64,000 nucleotides of DNA, taken from IMG/VR virus record IMGVR_UViG_3300046808_001035; one strand, written 5' to 3'. The position numbers and the translations under genes are program-made. This document shows, piece after piece, positions 48,962 to 59,001 of the stretch (position 1 is its first letter; the number at the start of each line of letters is the position of its first letter). The notes beneath the pieces are model-generated. The model ran no database searches, was not told the DNA's origin, and worked only from the letters and a program-made list of their open reading frames with translations. The stretch is from a virus.

Positions 48962-49756
48962 CTACTTGTAGTTTCCGAGACTGGCGTCAGACTTTGGAGC
49001 ATACTTTTCCAGGATATGGAAGAAGTCTTCTCGAGCTAGCTGTCTGCCGCTACTATCCATTTGCTTGGCAAGCCTGTTTCCGTAATAACCTCCAAGCTGC
49101 TCTTTGAGCACTTCAGGATTGCTGATATCCAACTTTGCAATATCGTACACAATTTTTATCAATTCAGAGGCAGGAAGCTTCCAGCCACGCTTAGTGAATT
49201 TCATAGCCCTAGAAAGAGCTGCTACAGGAAAACCGCTACCTGCATAGACTAGCTCTTTAGTTACAATACTCTCGAGACTCTTTTGAGTTAATATGAGCCC
49301 TTCGTCGACTGTGTAGTAGCTTCTTGTGTGAGCAAAATCGAACGTTTTATGTATGCTATCTACCTTACCACAGAATCGTAAGATGATCTGCAGTCCTCCT
49401 GTAAGAGTAATTGCATTCTGCGAGTAGTGAACTGGAGAATATAACTCGCTAGATATTGGTATTGCTCGCCCAAGTTTAATGACGCCCTGGTTCAGTGTCA
49501 CTCTATTAAGGCTAGGCGCATCCACAGCGTTATAACCTAAATGAGCTGTATAATGCTTCGCTAGTAAGTAAGCAGTATTAACCTCTTTGAAGTAGAGGTC
49601 ATAATCACGTACAGGCTCATTCAAGAGCATAGACGCGATACAACCACCACTCACAATTACATCTCTTTTTGCAGCTGCCTTGAGGTTTGCTGGCAGGCTC
49701 TTGAACCATAGGGTCAGAGCTTTTTCAATGTTTTCTTGAATTTGTCGTTTGTTCAT
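48962..49756 (-). CDS. Nucleotidyltransferase-fold protein (Pol beta superfamily)
   Basis: VSGGCIASML.....DYDLYF, NAITL, Q.ILRF.G...FDFAH. Confidence 0.7.
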   Translation of the reverse strand: MNKRQIQENIEKALTLWFKSLPANLKAAAKRDVIVSGGCIASMLLNEPVRDYDLYFKEVNTAYLLAKHYTAHLGYNAVDAPSLNRVTLNQGVIKLGRAIPISSELYSPVHYSQNAITLTGGLQIILRFCGKVDSIHKTFDFAHTRSYYTVDEGLILTQKSLESIVTKELVYAGSGFPVAALSRAMKFTKRGWKLPASELIKIVYDIAKLDISNPEVLKEQLGGYYGNRLAKQMDSSGRQLAREDFFHILEKYAPKSDASLGNYK

Positions 49757-49762
49757 GTGTTG

Positions 49763-50173
49763 CTAGGTTGCTTCTGGGAAATACTCTAGAAACAGTTTGA
49801 CCGCTTCTCTGAGTACAGGTATGCACATTTGTCTTTTTAGCCAGGCACGATCATCCTCAACATCTTTATAAAGCGAGGTTTCTATATACACTTGATGATA
49901 TCGGTAAGAGGCAGAAAGAATACTGTCTCCCATAAGCATCATCTGACCATCCTGATAGAAATGAGGGCGGTATGACATAGCTTCGGCGTCAAATATTATG
50001 ATTTTAGCTATAAAAGCACCCGACGCCTGCTTAGGCTCAATTCTCACAACAAAGCCAGGCTCATCAAATATACTGCTAGGAGTGAGCCTGAATTCTCGAT
50101 CAGGTACCGGCCAGATATTAGGACAACCTCGCTTTCTGGTAACACCTTTATCTACAAAATAAAATCTATTCAT
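49763..50173 (-). CDS. Hypothetical protein, paralogue of 54023..54466
   Basis: CPNIWPV.D....TP.S.F.E..FVV.I.PK. Confidence 0.7.
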   Translation of the reverse strand: MNRFYFVDKGVTRKRGCPNIWPVPDREFRLTPSSIFDEPGFVVRIEPKQASGAFIAKIIIFDAEAMSYRPHFYQDGQMMLMGDSILSASYRYHQVYIETSLYKDVEDDRAWLKRQMCIPVLREAVKLFLEYFPEAT

Positions 50174-50531
50174 CTGTAGCGTCTATAGCCTTTGTGTTGA
50201 GTTTGTATTTTTTCGCTATCTCCTCTAAGTAGCTTTTCCACTCTGCAACTTCGACAGTGTCGTGCATGAGCTGCAGTTCCAAAATCAGCATCTCGTGATT
50301 TCGAGAGGCATCATACTCATCTAACACTCCTCGCCAATCAATACCTTCCATATGATTGTCATACTCATCATCTGCGATGAGGCACCCTGCTGCACACTTA
50401 AGTCCATCACAATTGCGATAAGAGCAGCTTGCGCCGTCCAGACTGCGCTTGTTCTGTGCGAGTAAGTGAGTAGCCACCTGGTCAAATACTTCCTGAGCTG
50501 AGGCTTCTCCTAGTGTTTTAAGCGTGATCAT
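50166..50531 (-). CDS. MITL/CAAGCLI family member
   Basis: MITLKTL..ASAQEVFDQVATHLL...GLKCAAGCLIADDEY...ELQLMHD. Confidence 0.8.
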   Translation of the reverse strand: MITLKTLGEASAQEVFDQVATHLLAQNKRSLDGASCSYRNCDGLKCAAGCLIADDEYDNHMEGIDWRGVLDEYDASRNHEMLILELQLMHDTVEVAEWKSYLEEIAKKYKLNTKAIDATDE

Positions 50532-50534
50532 ATT

Positions 50535-50711
50535 CTAGCCTTTAATTGCTGCGTATATTACATAGAACCATCCCAACAGTGTGTGCAATAACGCCCACAA
50601 GATAGACTTGTTTTTTGTGTAGCTGATCACCATCGCCAATACAGCTCCTAGCTTGAGTCCTTCAGAGCTGGTAATCTTCAACTTAAGTTGTTTCGGTTTC
50701 GAGTGTTCCAT
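50535..50711 (-). CDS. 58-aa membrane protein
   Basis: Manual translation ...GAVLAMVISYTKNKSILWALLHTLLGWFYVIY; not in the ORF track. Confidence 0.6.
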   Translation of the reverse strand: MEHSKPKQLKLKITSSEGLKLGAVLAMVISYTKNKSILWALLHTLLGWFYVIYAAIKG

Positions 50712-50887
50712 TTTTTGCTTTTTCTGTTAATTCTTCGTATTTTGAAATAGCCTCTTTGATTTGCTGCCTTTCTTTATCATATCTCACATAGCCTTTACCC
50801 CAGGTTTCGAGCTGCACTAATGCTTCTCGAGCATAGTCTACAAGATCGTCAGCGCAAGAGCGCCAAGCATCCCTTTCTTCCTTAAGA

Positions 50888-51781
50888 TTATTCTTCTGCA
50901 TCTTCCTTTTCTGTTTCAGTTTCTTCCTCAGTAGCCTCGTCTTCTCGAGCTTCATCAAATACCTTATTGATTACCTCAAACAAATAGCCGCGCTCAAGAG
51001 GACGACCATCCATTCTCAATAGCTCGATCATACGTGCAAAGTAGCTCGTATCTACTCCTGTAAGCTGATCTTCGAGAATCTCATAGTTTTGCAGGTCTAG
51101 CTGACTAGCATCATAGATGATCTTGAACATTTCGCCAGCAGTGATGTTCCAGCCACGCTTGATGAACTTTTTGATCCTGAACAACGAGCATACAGGGTAG
51201 AGACTTCCTACATATTTGAGCTCTTTAGAGAGAATGCTCTCAAGAGCTGCAGGATGCAGTACGAGATCAGTGTTTTGGCTGAAGTAGTTTGTCGCATGCA
51301 CGAAGTCGTAGTTCTTGTGAATCTGGGAAGCATCTCCCACAAACCTGAGTACGAGCTGGATTTCGTTGGTGAGAGTGATCGCATTAGAAGTGATCATACT
51401 CACACGATACCGGCCTTTGTTCTCAGCGCCTTCAACTGCGTCAAATTTATCGAGCACACCTTTGTCAAAGATCTTTACCTCTACGCGATCTTCTGACTCG
51501 ATGACATCTGCGAAATCACTATAGTGCTCACCTACAAGTTGCTTCAGATAGTATTTAGCAAGCCTCGCTGCAACACTAGCATCATCGAAATAGATGTCAT
51601 AGTCGTTGGGGAGGTCTCCCTGAAGCATACTTGCAATAGCTCCTCCTGTGAGGATATAGTGAGATTTAACATCTCTTCGGAGATCTTCGTCGTTGATTGT
51701 CTTGAGCCAGCCAGCGATCTTGTGCTTGATGGTCTGCTCGATTGTCTTGCGCTTGAATCCGCGTTTGTTGTTGTCGTTCAT
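50888..51781 (-). CDS. Nucleotidyltransferase-fold protein, paralogue of 48962..49756
   Basis: LTGGAIASML.....DYDIYF, NAITL, QLVLRFVG...YDFVH, L.Y.GS.YP. Confidence 0.7.
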   Translation of the reverse strand: MNDNNKRGFKRKTIEQTIKHKIAGWLKTINDEDLRRDVKSHYILTGGAIASMLQGDLPNDYDIYFDDASVAARLAKYYLKQLVGEHYSDFADVIESEDRVEVKIFDKGVLDKFDAVEGAENKGRYRVSMITSNAITLTNEIQLVLRFVGDASQIHKNYDFVHATNYFSQNTDLVLHPAALESILSKELKYVGSLYPVCSLFRIKKFIKRGWNITAGEMFKIIYDASQLDLQNYEILEDQLTGVDTSYFARMIELLRMDGRPLERGYLFEVINKVFDEAREDEATEEETETEKEDAEE

Positions 51782-51804
51782 AAATAAGTTTGATTTGTTA
51801 AGGT

Positions 51805-52038
51805 TTATAATGCTGCTCGGGTTTCTTGTACCGTCACCTCTTCCCAGGAATACACAAGTGCTGATAGAGGTTCTTTAGCTATTTCGTATCCACCCTCTGT
51901 TAACTCTATTTTCGTACGCATTGGTCGAGGCTCGTTTGAAGGATACATCATTGCCCCTCTTTCAGTCATAGATACGATCTGCATAGGATTGATAAAAACT
52001 GTCTCGTCTTTTTCTGTGGTGATTTTAAGTAAACGCAT
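51805..52038 (-). CDS. FlbD-like small protein
   Basis: LKIT...VFINP.QIVSM.E...TKIELT.G....KEPL. Confidence 0.5.
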   Translation of the reverse strand: MRLLKITTEKDETVFINPMQIVSMTERGAMMYPSNEPRPMRTKIELTEGGYEIAKEPLSALVYSWEEVTVQETRAAL

Positions 52039-52699
52039 AATTTTATTTGTTAAGGGTTGTGGACAATTACAGCGTCGGCTAGTCCTGCGTCATAGCCTCG
52101 GCTATATTCTTCTTCTACCTTTTCTTCCAGCCTTTCAATTTTACTTTCGAGCTCTTTGATCTCTTCTCTTAGCTCGTCTAGCAACCTTTCTGCTTCATCA
52201 TGCTCGACATATTCTCCATGATAGCGATCCGCTAGCATCTCGGATTCTATAAAGTTATTTCCGCACTCCTCACAGGAGGAAACATACATTTTGTATCTTG
52301 TCATATTATAGTGCTTTTCCGTTGAGTTGTGCGTACCGTACATCATCGCCAGCTACACTCAGCGAAGATGCAAATACTTTAGAGCTTTGAGGGCCTCCAT
52401 AATAAAACCATACCCTTACAATATCTCCTTCTCTGCTATCGGTACGCTCGTCTAGGTTAACCAGCCCATGTTTACCGTGCAAACGATGATCTGGTTGCAG
52501 AGTGCTAGGTTGATTGACCCATACTCTGGTCATCTGGGTTTCCATAGCTTACAAGTTTGTATAGTAGATTGCGGTTGTCTCGGCATCGAGAACGACTGCT
52601 TCATGCCAGGCAACAAACTCGTCCTGGTTCCATTCTTTGTTGAATACTTTATCGAACGCCTCTCTGGCTGAGATTTTGATCAGTTCTTCGTGAGACATA

Positions 52700-53020
52700 T
52701 TAAATATCTTTACTAAGCTCATCGACTTCTTTTTGAAGCGCTGCGATCTGCCCGTTTAGTACGTGTACTTTATCAAGGGTTTTTTGTCTTTCTCTTTGTC
52801 TATCATCAAGAATGTCGCCTATCGTCTTATCTTCCCATATACTTCTAATTGGATAACCGTCGATACTCCAATGCGCAGGCAGATCTTCTTTGTGATTTAT
52901 CTCACACACAGAAGACACTGTACATTTGTATCCACAAGCCGCGCCTACAATTAATCCAGCAGCATCACGGTCGTCTGCCACCACAACCGCGTCTAACTGC
53001 ACTTTGTATAATTTTTTCAT
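52700..53020 (-). CDS. KKLY family member
   Basis: MKKLYKV...VV...EI....DLP.HW.I..YP...TIG. Confidence 0.65.
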   Translation of the reverse strand: MKKLYKVQLDAVVVADDRDAAGLIVGAACGYKCTVSSVCEINHKEDLPAHWSIDGYPIRSIWEDKTIGDILDDRQRERQKTLDKVHVLNGQIAALQKEVDELSKDI

Positions 53021-53378
53021 ATTTACTTTCTTATTCCCCAGATGTCGTATTTTTGAGGTGTAGTTTTTATATTACCAAACAATATAGAACAGAATGTCTT
53101 CGTCTTGTGTGAGATTGTAATGCTTAACCAATAGGCTGTTGAATTGGTTGATTAAATCTTCATCGCTCTCACGGAAATAATCTAAGCTATCAGTTATTCG
53201 CCATGGCAGATAACAACCATTAGTGATAGTGACAGGTACGTAAGATTTCCCATCTGTATCTGTAAGCAGACTCCAGAGAGTGTCCTCGAGATCAAAATTT
53301 TCCTGAGCTCTGAAGAAATCTATCAGGCTCATATAGTCAATTACTTTTGTAGTTTCAAATTCTGGTTTTTGTTGCATT

Positions 53379-53702
53379 TTATTCAGAAGTTTTTCCATAA
53401 AGTAGTTTTTCCAGTTCTTCAATGCGTGCCTTGAGTCTTAGGTTCTCTTCAGAGATGTATTTCTCGCTGAGCTTTTCCAAAATAAACCTTATTGAATCGT
53501 CCGCAATAGCTCCGTCGGTTGCTTCAATCGGGCTGTATGTAATCTTCCAGCCGGTAGGTATATCTGCCTCTGATTTAATTTCACTCAAAGAATTTGGTAC
53601 ATATCCCATTGAGTCTTCGTGGAGAGCTCTAGCAAATTCAAGACTCTCCTCAGGCTCAACGAGGATGACTGCACTGTATGTTGCTTTATATAGTCTTTTC
53701 AT
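53379..53702 (-). CDS. KKLY family member
   Basis: MKRLYKATYSAVI...EI....DIP.GW.I..SP. Confidence 0.65.
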   Translation of the reverse strand: MKRLYKATYSAVILVEPEESLEFARALHEDSMGYVPNSLSEIKSEADIPTGWKITYSPIEATDGAIADDSIRFILEKLSEKYISEENLRLKARIEELEKLLYGKTSE

Positions 53703-53703
53703 G

Positions 53704-54003
53704 TTAACTTTTCTTGATAATTTTCCTGATAAAAATATGCCAAACAAAACCATTCACATGAACAGTCTTTAGATGAGTCAGCTCGTCAGCATCTTCAATC
53801 TCCCAGCCTGTACCGTAAATTTCGAGGTTAACAGGAATTGGGGGTTGGCTAGGATCTACAACCGCCCAAAGATATAGCTCAGATCCTTGGAATTCGAAGT
53901 CGATAATATCGTCCCAAGCCCAGCGCGGCAGTTCGACACTTGCTTTGTGTGGAGCGTCATGAGCTCTATCCCAATTGACCAGGTATTTATAGATTTTCTT
54001 CAT
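53704..54003 (-). CDS. Conserved phage protein
   Basis: MKKIYKY...Q...LYLWAVVDP...IYGTG...TV....FVWHIF. Confidence 0.7.
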   Translation of the reverse strand: MKKIYKYLVNWDRAHDAPHKASVELPRWAWDDIIDFEFQGSELYLWAVVDPSQPPIPVNLEIYGTGWEIEDADELTHLKTVHVNGFVWHIFIRKIIKKS

Positions 54004-54022
54004 GTTTGTTGTGTTAGTGTGC

Positions 54023-54466
54023 TTATTGTGTGCTGGGTTGGATGTCTGGAAAATAAGCTCTAAACAGATCAACTGCTTCTTGTGCGATCAAAAGCGCCTG
54101 ACAGCGTCGAGAATATTTTTCCATGTTTTCACTAGAGTCTCTAGTTAACTCAAACCCTGAACCCATATGTACATAATGATTGCTATATGTCAGATGTAGA
54201 ATAGACCCGCCGCACATATTCTCCTGGTTTGCAGAAATCTGACGGAACATCACTCTTCTAGCGTCGTAAATAGTGATTTCTGCCACTGGCGCTGTTAACC
54301 CTTTTGGTGGTTTTGGATTGATATACACTACAAAATCCTCTTCGGCAAAAACGCTTCTAGGTGTTCTATAAAGAAACTTATCAGCTACAGGCCAAAGGTT
54401 AGGGCAATTTTTCTCTCGAGTGTGAGGTCTGTTTGCAAAGTAAATTTTATGCATAGCTCTATTCAA
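54023..54466 (-). CDS. Hypothetical protein, paralogue of 49763..50173
   Basis: CPNLWPVADKFLYRTPRSVFAEEDFVVYINPK. Confidence 0.7.
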   Translation of the reverse strand: MNRAMHKIYFANRPHTREKNCPNLWPVADKFLYRTPRSVFAEEDFVVYINPKPPKGLTAPVAEITIYDARRVMFRQISANQENMCGGSILHLTYSNHYVHMGSGFELTRDSSENMEKYSRRCQALLIAQEAVDLFRAYFPDIQPSTQ

Positions 54467-55268
54467 GTGCGGCTGTTTTATGAATTAACAACTCGTTATT
54501 TTCGATTGTGATGTAGTGGTCTAGATGTGTATCTATGTTTATGTTGTAGCTCGTACCTGGTTTTAAGATATACTTGCTTATAGACACAACATCGCTATCA
54601 GGGGCTATAGTTGTTCTATAAGCATCTAATACTTCAGGAGTAGCTAGCGGAGTATGCCCTACAATTTGACTTAATGTAGGTATAGGTTCATACTCATATC
54701 GCCAATCCATCCAGGTTATTCCTCCAACCACTTCTCTGCCTCCTCGGGCAATGCCTGCACTTAAGATCGGATCGTCGAGCCCCATGGCTAGCAACCTCTC
54801 AGCAACTTCGCATCTTTCGATAATATCTTTTGCTGTGAGCTCGTCTGTGAATGGCTTTGCAAAATGATGCTCGCTTGCCCCAGCATGACTTAGCAACAAA
54901 TCGTAACATCCTTCGATCTCTAGTCTATAGGCCAGCTTTGGACTATAACCAATAACCGTAGACCCTTGGAATACGCTGTTGATTGCCTTCAGCTTCTCTC
55001 TAGTGTTACCGCTGCATGCGTGTCTGTCGTATGTAGCGGGGTACAGATAAGGGATGTCGTGGTTACCTAGTAGCCAGATAAAATTGTCACCGTACTTACT
55101 GTATAAATCTACAATGTATCTAGCTGTATTCTCTGTCTGCTCGGGTGTGTCGTAGAAATCGTCAAACCAATCGCCTAGGGAGATTAGCCTATCAAAAGTA
55201 TTGTTATTTATTATTCTAGACAATTTGTCTAGCTTTTGATGCACGTCAGGAATGATTAATGTTCTCAT
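54459..55268 (-). CDS. Calcineurin-like metallophosphoesterase
   Basis: IPDVH, LGDWFD, LGNHD, SHAG, QIVGHT. Confidence 0.9.
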   Translation of the reverse strand: MRTLIIPDVHQKLDKLSRIINNNTFDRLISLGDWFDDFYDTPEQTENTARYIVDLYSKYGDNFIWLLGNHDIPYLYPATYDRHACSGNTREKLKAINSVFQGSTVIGYSPKLAYRLEIEGCYDLLLSHAGASEHHFAKPFTDELTAKDIIERCEVAERLLAMGLDDPILSAGIARGGREVVGGITWMDWRYEYEPIPTLSQIVGHTPLATPEVLDAYRTTIAPDSDVVSISKYILKPGTSYNINIDTHLDHYITIENNELLIHKTAALE

Positions 55269-55271
55269 TGT

Positions 55272-56126
55272 TTAGAATTTTTCGGCCTTCGAAGCACATT
55301 CGTAGCATAATGTTTTCCATGAAGTGCAAGAGTGAAGTTCTCCTGGCGACCCGTCGTTCTCGCAAGTTTTCTTACTGAGCGCCTCAGCATAGTCAACAAC
55401 ACCTGCCACCCAACCAAGATACTTACTACGCTCAATATCAATAGTCCTACTGTTAAACATAGTAACGTCACTAGGCTTAAAACAATCAACAACCTTATAT
55501 TGTACGCGTAATACACCAAACTTTTCTTTAATTCTAACAATCTTTGTCTTAAACCCATTGAAGTGTGCATATCGCCTGTTTAATTTTTGAGAGTATAGCG
55601 CGTAAGATGGAATACCAAAGAGTCTTTCAACCCTCCTGGCCATGTTGTGTAGCATAACATCAAGCTTATAGGCTCCCCAAAAAGGCTCTTTAACTTCAGC
55701 AATAAAAGACTGCTCTCCTCCTAGGTGTTCACAAACTAGTCTGATGATCTGCTCCCAGCCATCTCCGCAGGCTATATCTCCAATATTTCTTACAGTGCCG
55801 CCGTTACCATCACTAGTAAAAAATAAGTCTTTGAAGTCTTCAAATAGTGCTAGTTGAATAGCGTCGTTCATTTTGTTTTTCGTTGTTTTTAAGCACGGTT
55901 TACCATTTTTCCATGGTAGCTCTATTCTAAGGGTGGTTTTTACTTTCGCTGCTATTGGTGGTGTGTTGAATTTGGCGTGGTTGGCTGTGAAGGCTACAAG
56001 CTCTCCATGAGGGCTCGACCACAATTTACTTTTCATACTATTCGATAAGTAGATGCCTGTATTCTTTGTCGCATAAGACAGAAAAAGCGATACTGAGTTG
56101 TAGCTCAATATCGCTGTTGTTTTCAC
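55272..56126 (-). CDS. Conserved phage protein, paralogue of 29000..29560
   Basis: CGDGWEQII...IKEKFGVLR...TCE..G..G...WKTLC; true start may be MNDAIQ at 55871. Confidence 0.65.
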   Translation of the reverse strand: MKTTAILSYNSVSLFLSYATKNTGIYLSNSMKSKLWSSPHGELVAFTANHAKFNTPPIAAKVKTTLRIELPWKNGKPCLKTTKNKMNDAIQLALFEDFKDLFFTSDGNGGTVRNIGDIACGDGWEQIIRLVCEHLGGEQSFIAEVKEPFWGAYKLDVMLHNMARRVERLFGIPSYALYSQKLNRRYAHFNGFKTKIVRIKEKFGVLRVQYKVVDCFKPSDVTMFNSRTIDIERSKYLGWVAGVVDYAEALSKKTCENDGSPGELHSCTSWKTLCYECASKAEKF

Positions 56127-56216
56127 TGTTCTTTCGTTCTAGTTTTTCTTTAGCTACTGTTTTTACGATACCTAGTATTTGCTCTAGTGTTTTTTCGTTT
56201 AGCATCAAATTGTGTT

Positions 56217-56558
56217 TTATTGTGTTTGCTTTCCGTATTCTACAAACAATGTCCTAGCTTGCTCTAGGGCATGAAGAGCCGCTGTACGCGAGTCTAGATG
56301 GGTCCTTGTGTTAGCGTGCATTGCTGCCAGAATATCTCCAGCTACAGCTAACGCGCTAGGAATACGTGAGCGTACTGTGGCTTCTTGATACTTTTTGTGG
56401 ACTTCTTCAAGAGGCTCTTGTACTGCAAAACTATGACCGTCATGAAGAACAATCATGGTGTTACAATTTTTACTTTTTCCGTCATAAAACGAATTTATCT
56501 TATCTACCACACAATAAACTTTACTATCGTCAAGTGATGTAAGTGTTAATAAACTCAT
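56217..56558 (-). CDS. FlbD-like N-terminal domain protein
   Basis: LTLTSLD..KVY...D.I.S...TMIVL.DG.SF.V.EPLEEV. Confidence 0.5.
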   Translation of the reverse strand: MSLLTLTSLDDSKVYCVVDKINSFYDGKSKNCNTMIVLHDGHSFAVQEPLEEVHKKYQEATVRSRIPSALAVAGDILAAMHANTRTHLDSRTAALHALEQARTLFVEYGKQTQ

Positions 56559-56796
56559 AGTCTGTCTTCGTTGTATGCTTTTTGTAGATTCTCTGGGCTA
56601 TCCCAATGGTAGATTTGGTCCATCAGTGCAAAGCAAATCTCTCGCTTTGGCTCGCCTTCAACAAGATTAGTGGTCCCTTCCTTTGTGTGGTGCTGCACTG
56701 TCCAAAGGAAGGGAAATTTACCCTCGTCTTCTTGAATTACAGTATATCTTTCTTTGTTGTATGTGACACCGAATCTCTTTGTACTGTGATGAATTT

Positions 56797-57465
56797 TCAT
56801 AATCCAAATGCTTCTAGTGTGTAGTAGAATGGTCTCCCTTCGATCTCTTTTACCATCTGCAGCATCTTGTCTGCTACCTCACAGATCTCCTTCTGTGCGT
56901 GTATGGACCTGCGTAGGTATAGAAAGTGAGCAAAACTTCTCCAGTTGAACATAACGTCAGAAGCTAACTGACTGTTGTACATCTTGAAGAACCTCGAACT
57001 CTCCTTAGCGCGCTTTCGTCCGAGAACTTTCTCAACGTCTTTCAAACAGGCGTGATACAATCTATTGTTCTGGATAGATTGATCTACCAACACCTCTGCC
57101 CAATTACTATAAGCTCCTAGTCCGTGCTCATCACCTACAGGGACATCGTAGAAATCAGGAGGGATGTAAAACTTATCCTCCTTAAGTTCTTTGTATCTTG
57201 CTGATTCTGTATTTACCGAGCACCCAATTCGGTGTTTTATTAAATGAATGTGCGCACTGATGTCGATATCTACCAGATAATGTAACACACTTTTTTCAAA
57301 AGGGGTACCATGCTCATCTTCTGCTAGCTTTTTAAGCATAGCGGGAAGGCGTTCCAATTTTTCTTTAGGTAAGTCTCTGTATGTACTCGTCCATGCAGAC
57401 AAGCCATGAGTTAGATCACCTCCATAATGGCCTAACCATTCCACTTTGTTTGTATAGTTACTCAT
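56797..57465 (-). CDS. thyX: Flavin-dependent thymidylate synthase
   Basis: HGTPFE, KHR-x7-SARY (RHR-x7-SxR motif), NWRS..HF..LR...HAQKEI. Confidence 0.92.
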   Translation of the reverse strand: MSNYTNKVEWLGHYGGDLTHGLSAWTSTYRDLPKEKLERLPAMLKKLAEDEHGTPFEKSVLHYLVDIDISAHIHLIKHRIGCSVNTESARYKELKEDKFYIPPDFYDVPVGDEHGLGAYSNWAEVLVDQSIQNNRLYHACLKDVEKVLGRKRAKESSRFFKMYNSQLASDVMFNWRSFAHFLYLRRSIHAQKEICEVADKMLQMVKEIEGRPFYYTLEAFGL

Positions 57466-59001
57466 TGTTTTCAGATTTAGTGTGTGTTGCAGCTATCCAA
57501 GACAAGCGAGATTCCGTTACTTTAACTCCCTCGATAATATAATCATCAAGCTGCCATAATTTAGCTTGGTGTTCTGCCGCTTCAAAGGTGTTGAAGCTTA
57601 TCCACCATTTAAGTGCATAGGTCTTTCCTTCATAGCTTTTGAACTTAGTTGTAATATTTCTTTGATCGCCTGCAGTCCACGGTGACCATATGGCGTAATA
57701 CTCTCTTATTTTAGGAAGCGCACTCTCTTGTACTTTGAATGCAGGAATATCTTCGATATCGCTCAGTGATTTTTCCTGATACTGAACTGTAGATGGTGTG
57801 TTACTCATTTCCAATACTGAGGCTATATTTTACACCTTTAACAAAGCTATTTTCTAGTGTAGTTTGTATAGTTCTGTAGGCTTTGTCGACTATCTCTAGG
57901 GAGCTTTTTAGCTCAGCTACTTGAACTTGAAGTGCAGCTGCTTCAAGAATGTTTGTGTCTCTTTCCTTTATGGCTGCATCTAGCTCTTTGCTTTGCTCAT
58001 CTAGTCTAATCTGGAGACTGCCGTTGTGGTTTATAGATTTGTTACGCTCTAATTCAAGCTCACTTGCCCTGACACACCATCTGGCGCTTTCGACATTGAG
58101 CCTTTTAATTTCACTGTTAGCAGCGTCTCGCTCGTCCACTAATTTTGAGTTCTCTTTACTGAGTTTTTCACATTGAATTACCTTGTTGGTGATTATGCGA
58201 GTACTATCATCAATAAGCCTACGCAAAGCCATAATACGGCCTCTAGCGTTCAGCTCCTCACCATCAATATGATGAACTAACGGAGCCTCTGCATCATCTA
58301 GTGCTTCGGTAATATATTTACCAAACCCTTCACTACTTTGCTGAGCTATTTTCTCTCGATCTCGAAGCTCTTTATTTTCTTTTACCAGATCTAGATTTTT
58401 TGCAAGGAAGTCGTCGATATACTTTCCCAGGGTTTTGTTTGTTTCTAGCAGCCTTTCGTAGGATTCTTCTAGTTCAGATTTCATATTGTTTTAGTTTTTT
58501 TGAGACTAATTATTTTTGGAGTACGGCGTGTACAATTTAAATGTTTCTAGATAATCGTCGAGAGCATACACTCCAAGAACGTTGTCTTGTAGATATGCTT
58601 TGAAGAAGCTGTATGACCGATTGTGTCTAGGTGCAGCTGAGTTAAAAGCTATGATCTTAAACCTCTGCCTTGTAAGACACATATCGTCTACCTTGTAGAA
58701 ATAGTCTTCAGCTCTTAAAATCAAGGGAGCACTGATCAATTTCTCAAGCTCCCAAGGCATCAATGCACTTTCCGCCACAACAGACTCTACCTGTTCTGAT
58801 TTAGTAATGACTAGCTTTTTAATTGAAGATCTTCCTCCTACAATGAGATGCGCTGTCTTGTAGTGATCTTCTGCTTCTTGTCTGTCAGTGTAACTAGACT
58901 TAAACGATATGCGTTGTCTTGGCCAACCTCCCGTGTCTGCGATGTTGTACCAATGGCCCGATTCTGCCTGATATTCAATTTTATATGTTCTTTCAAGCAT
59001 A

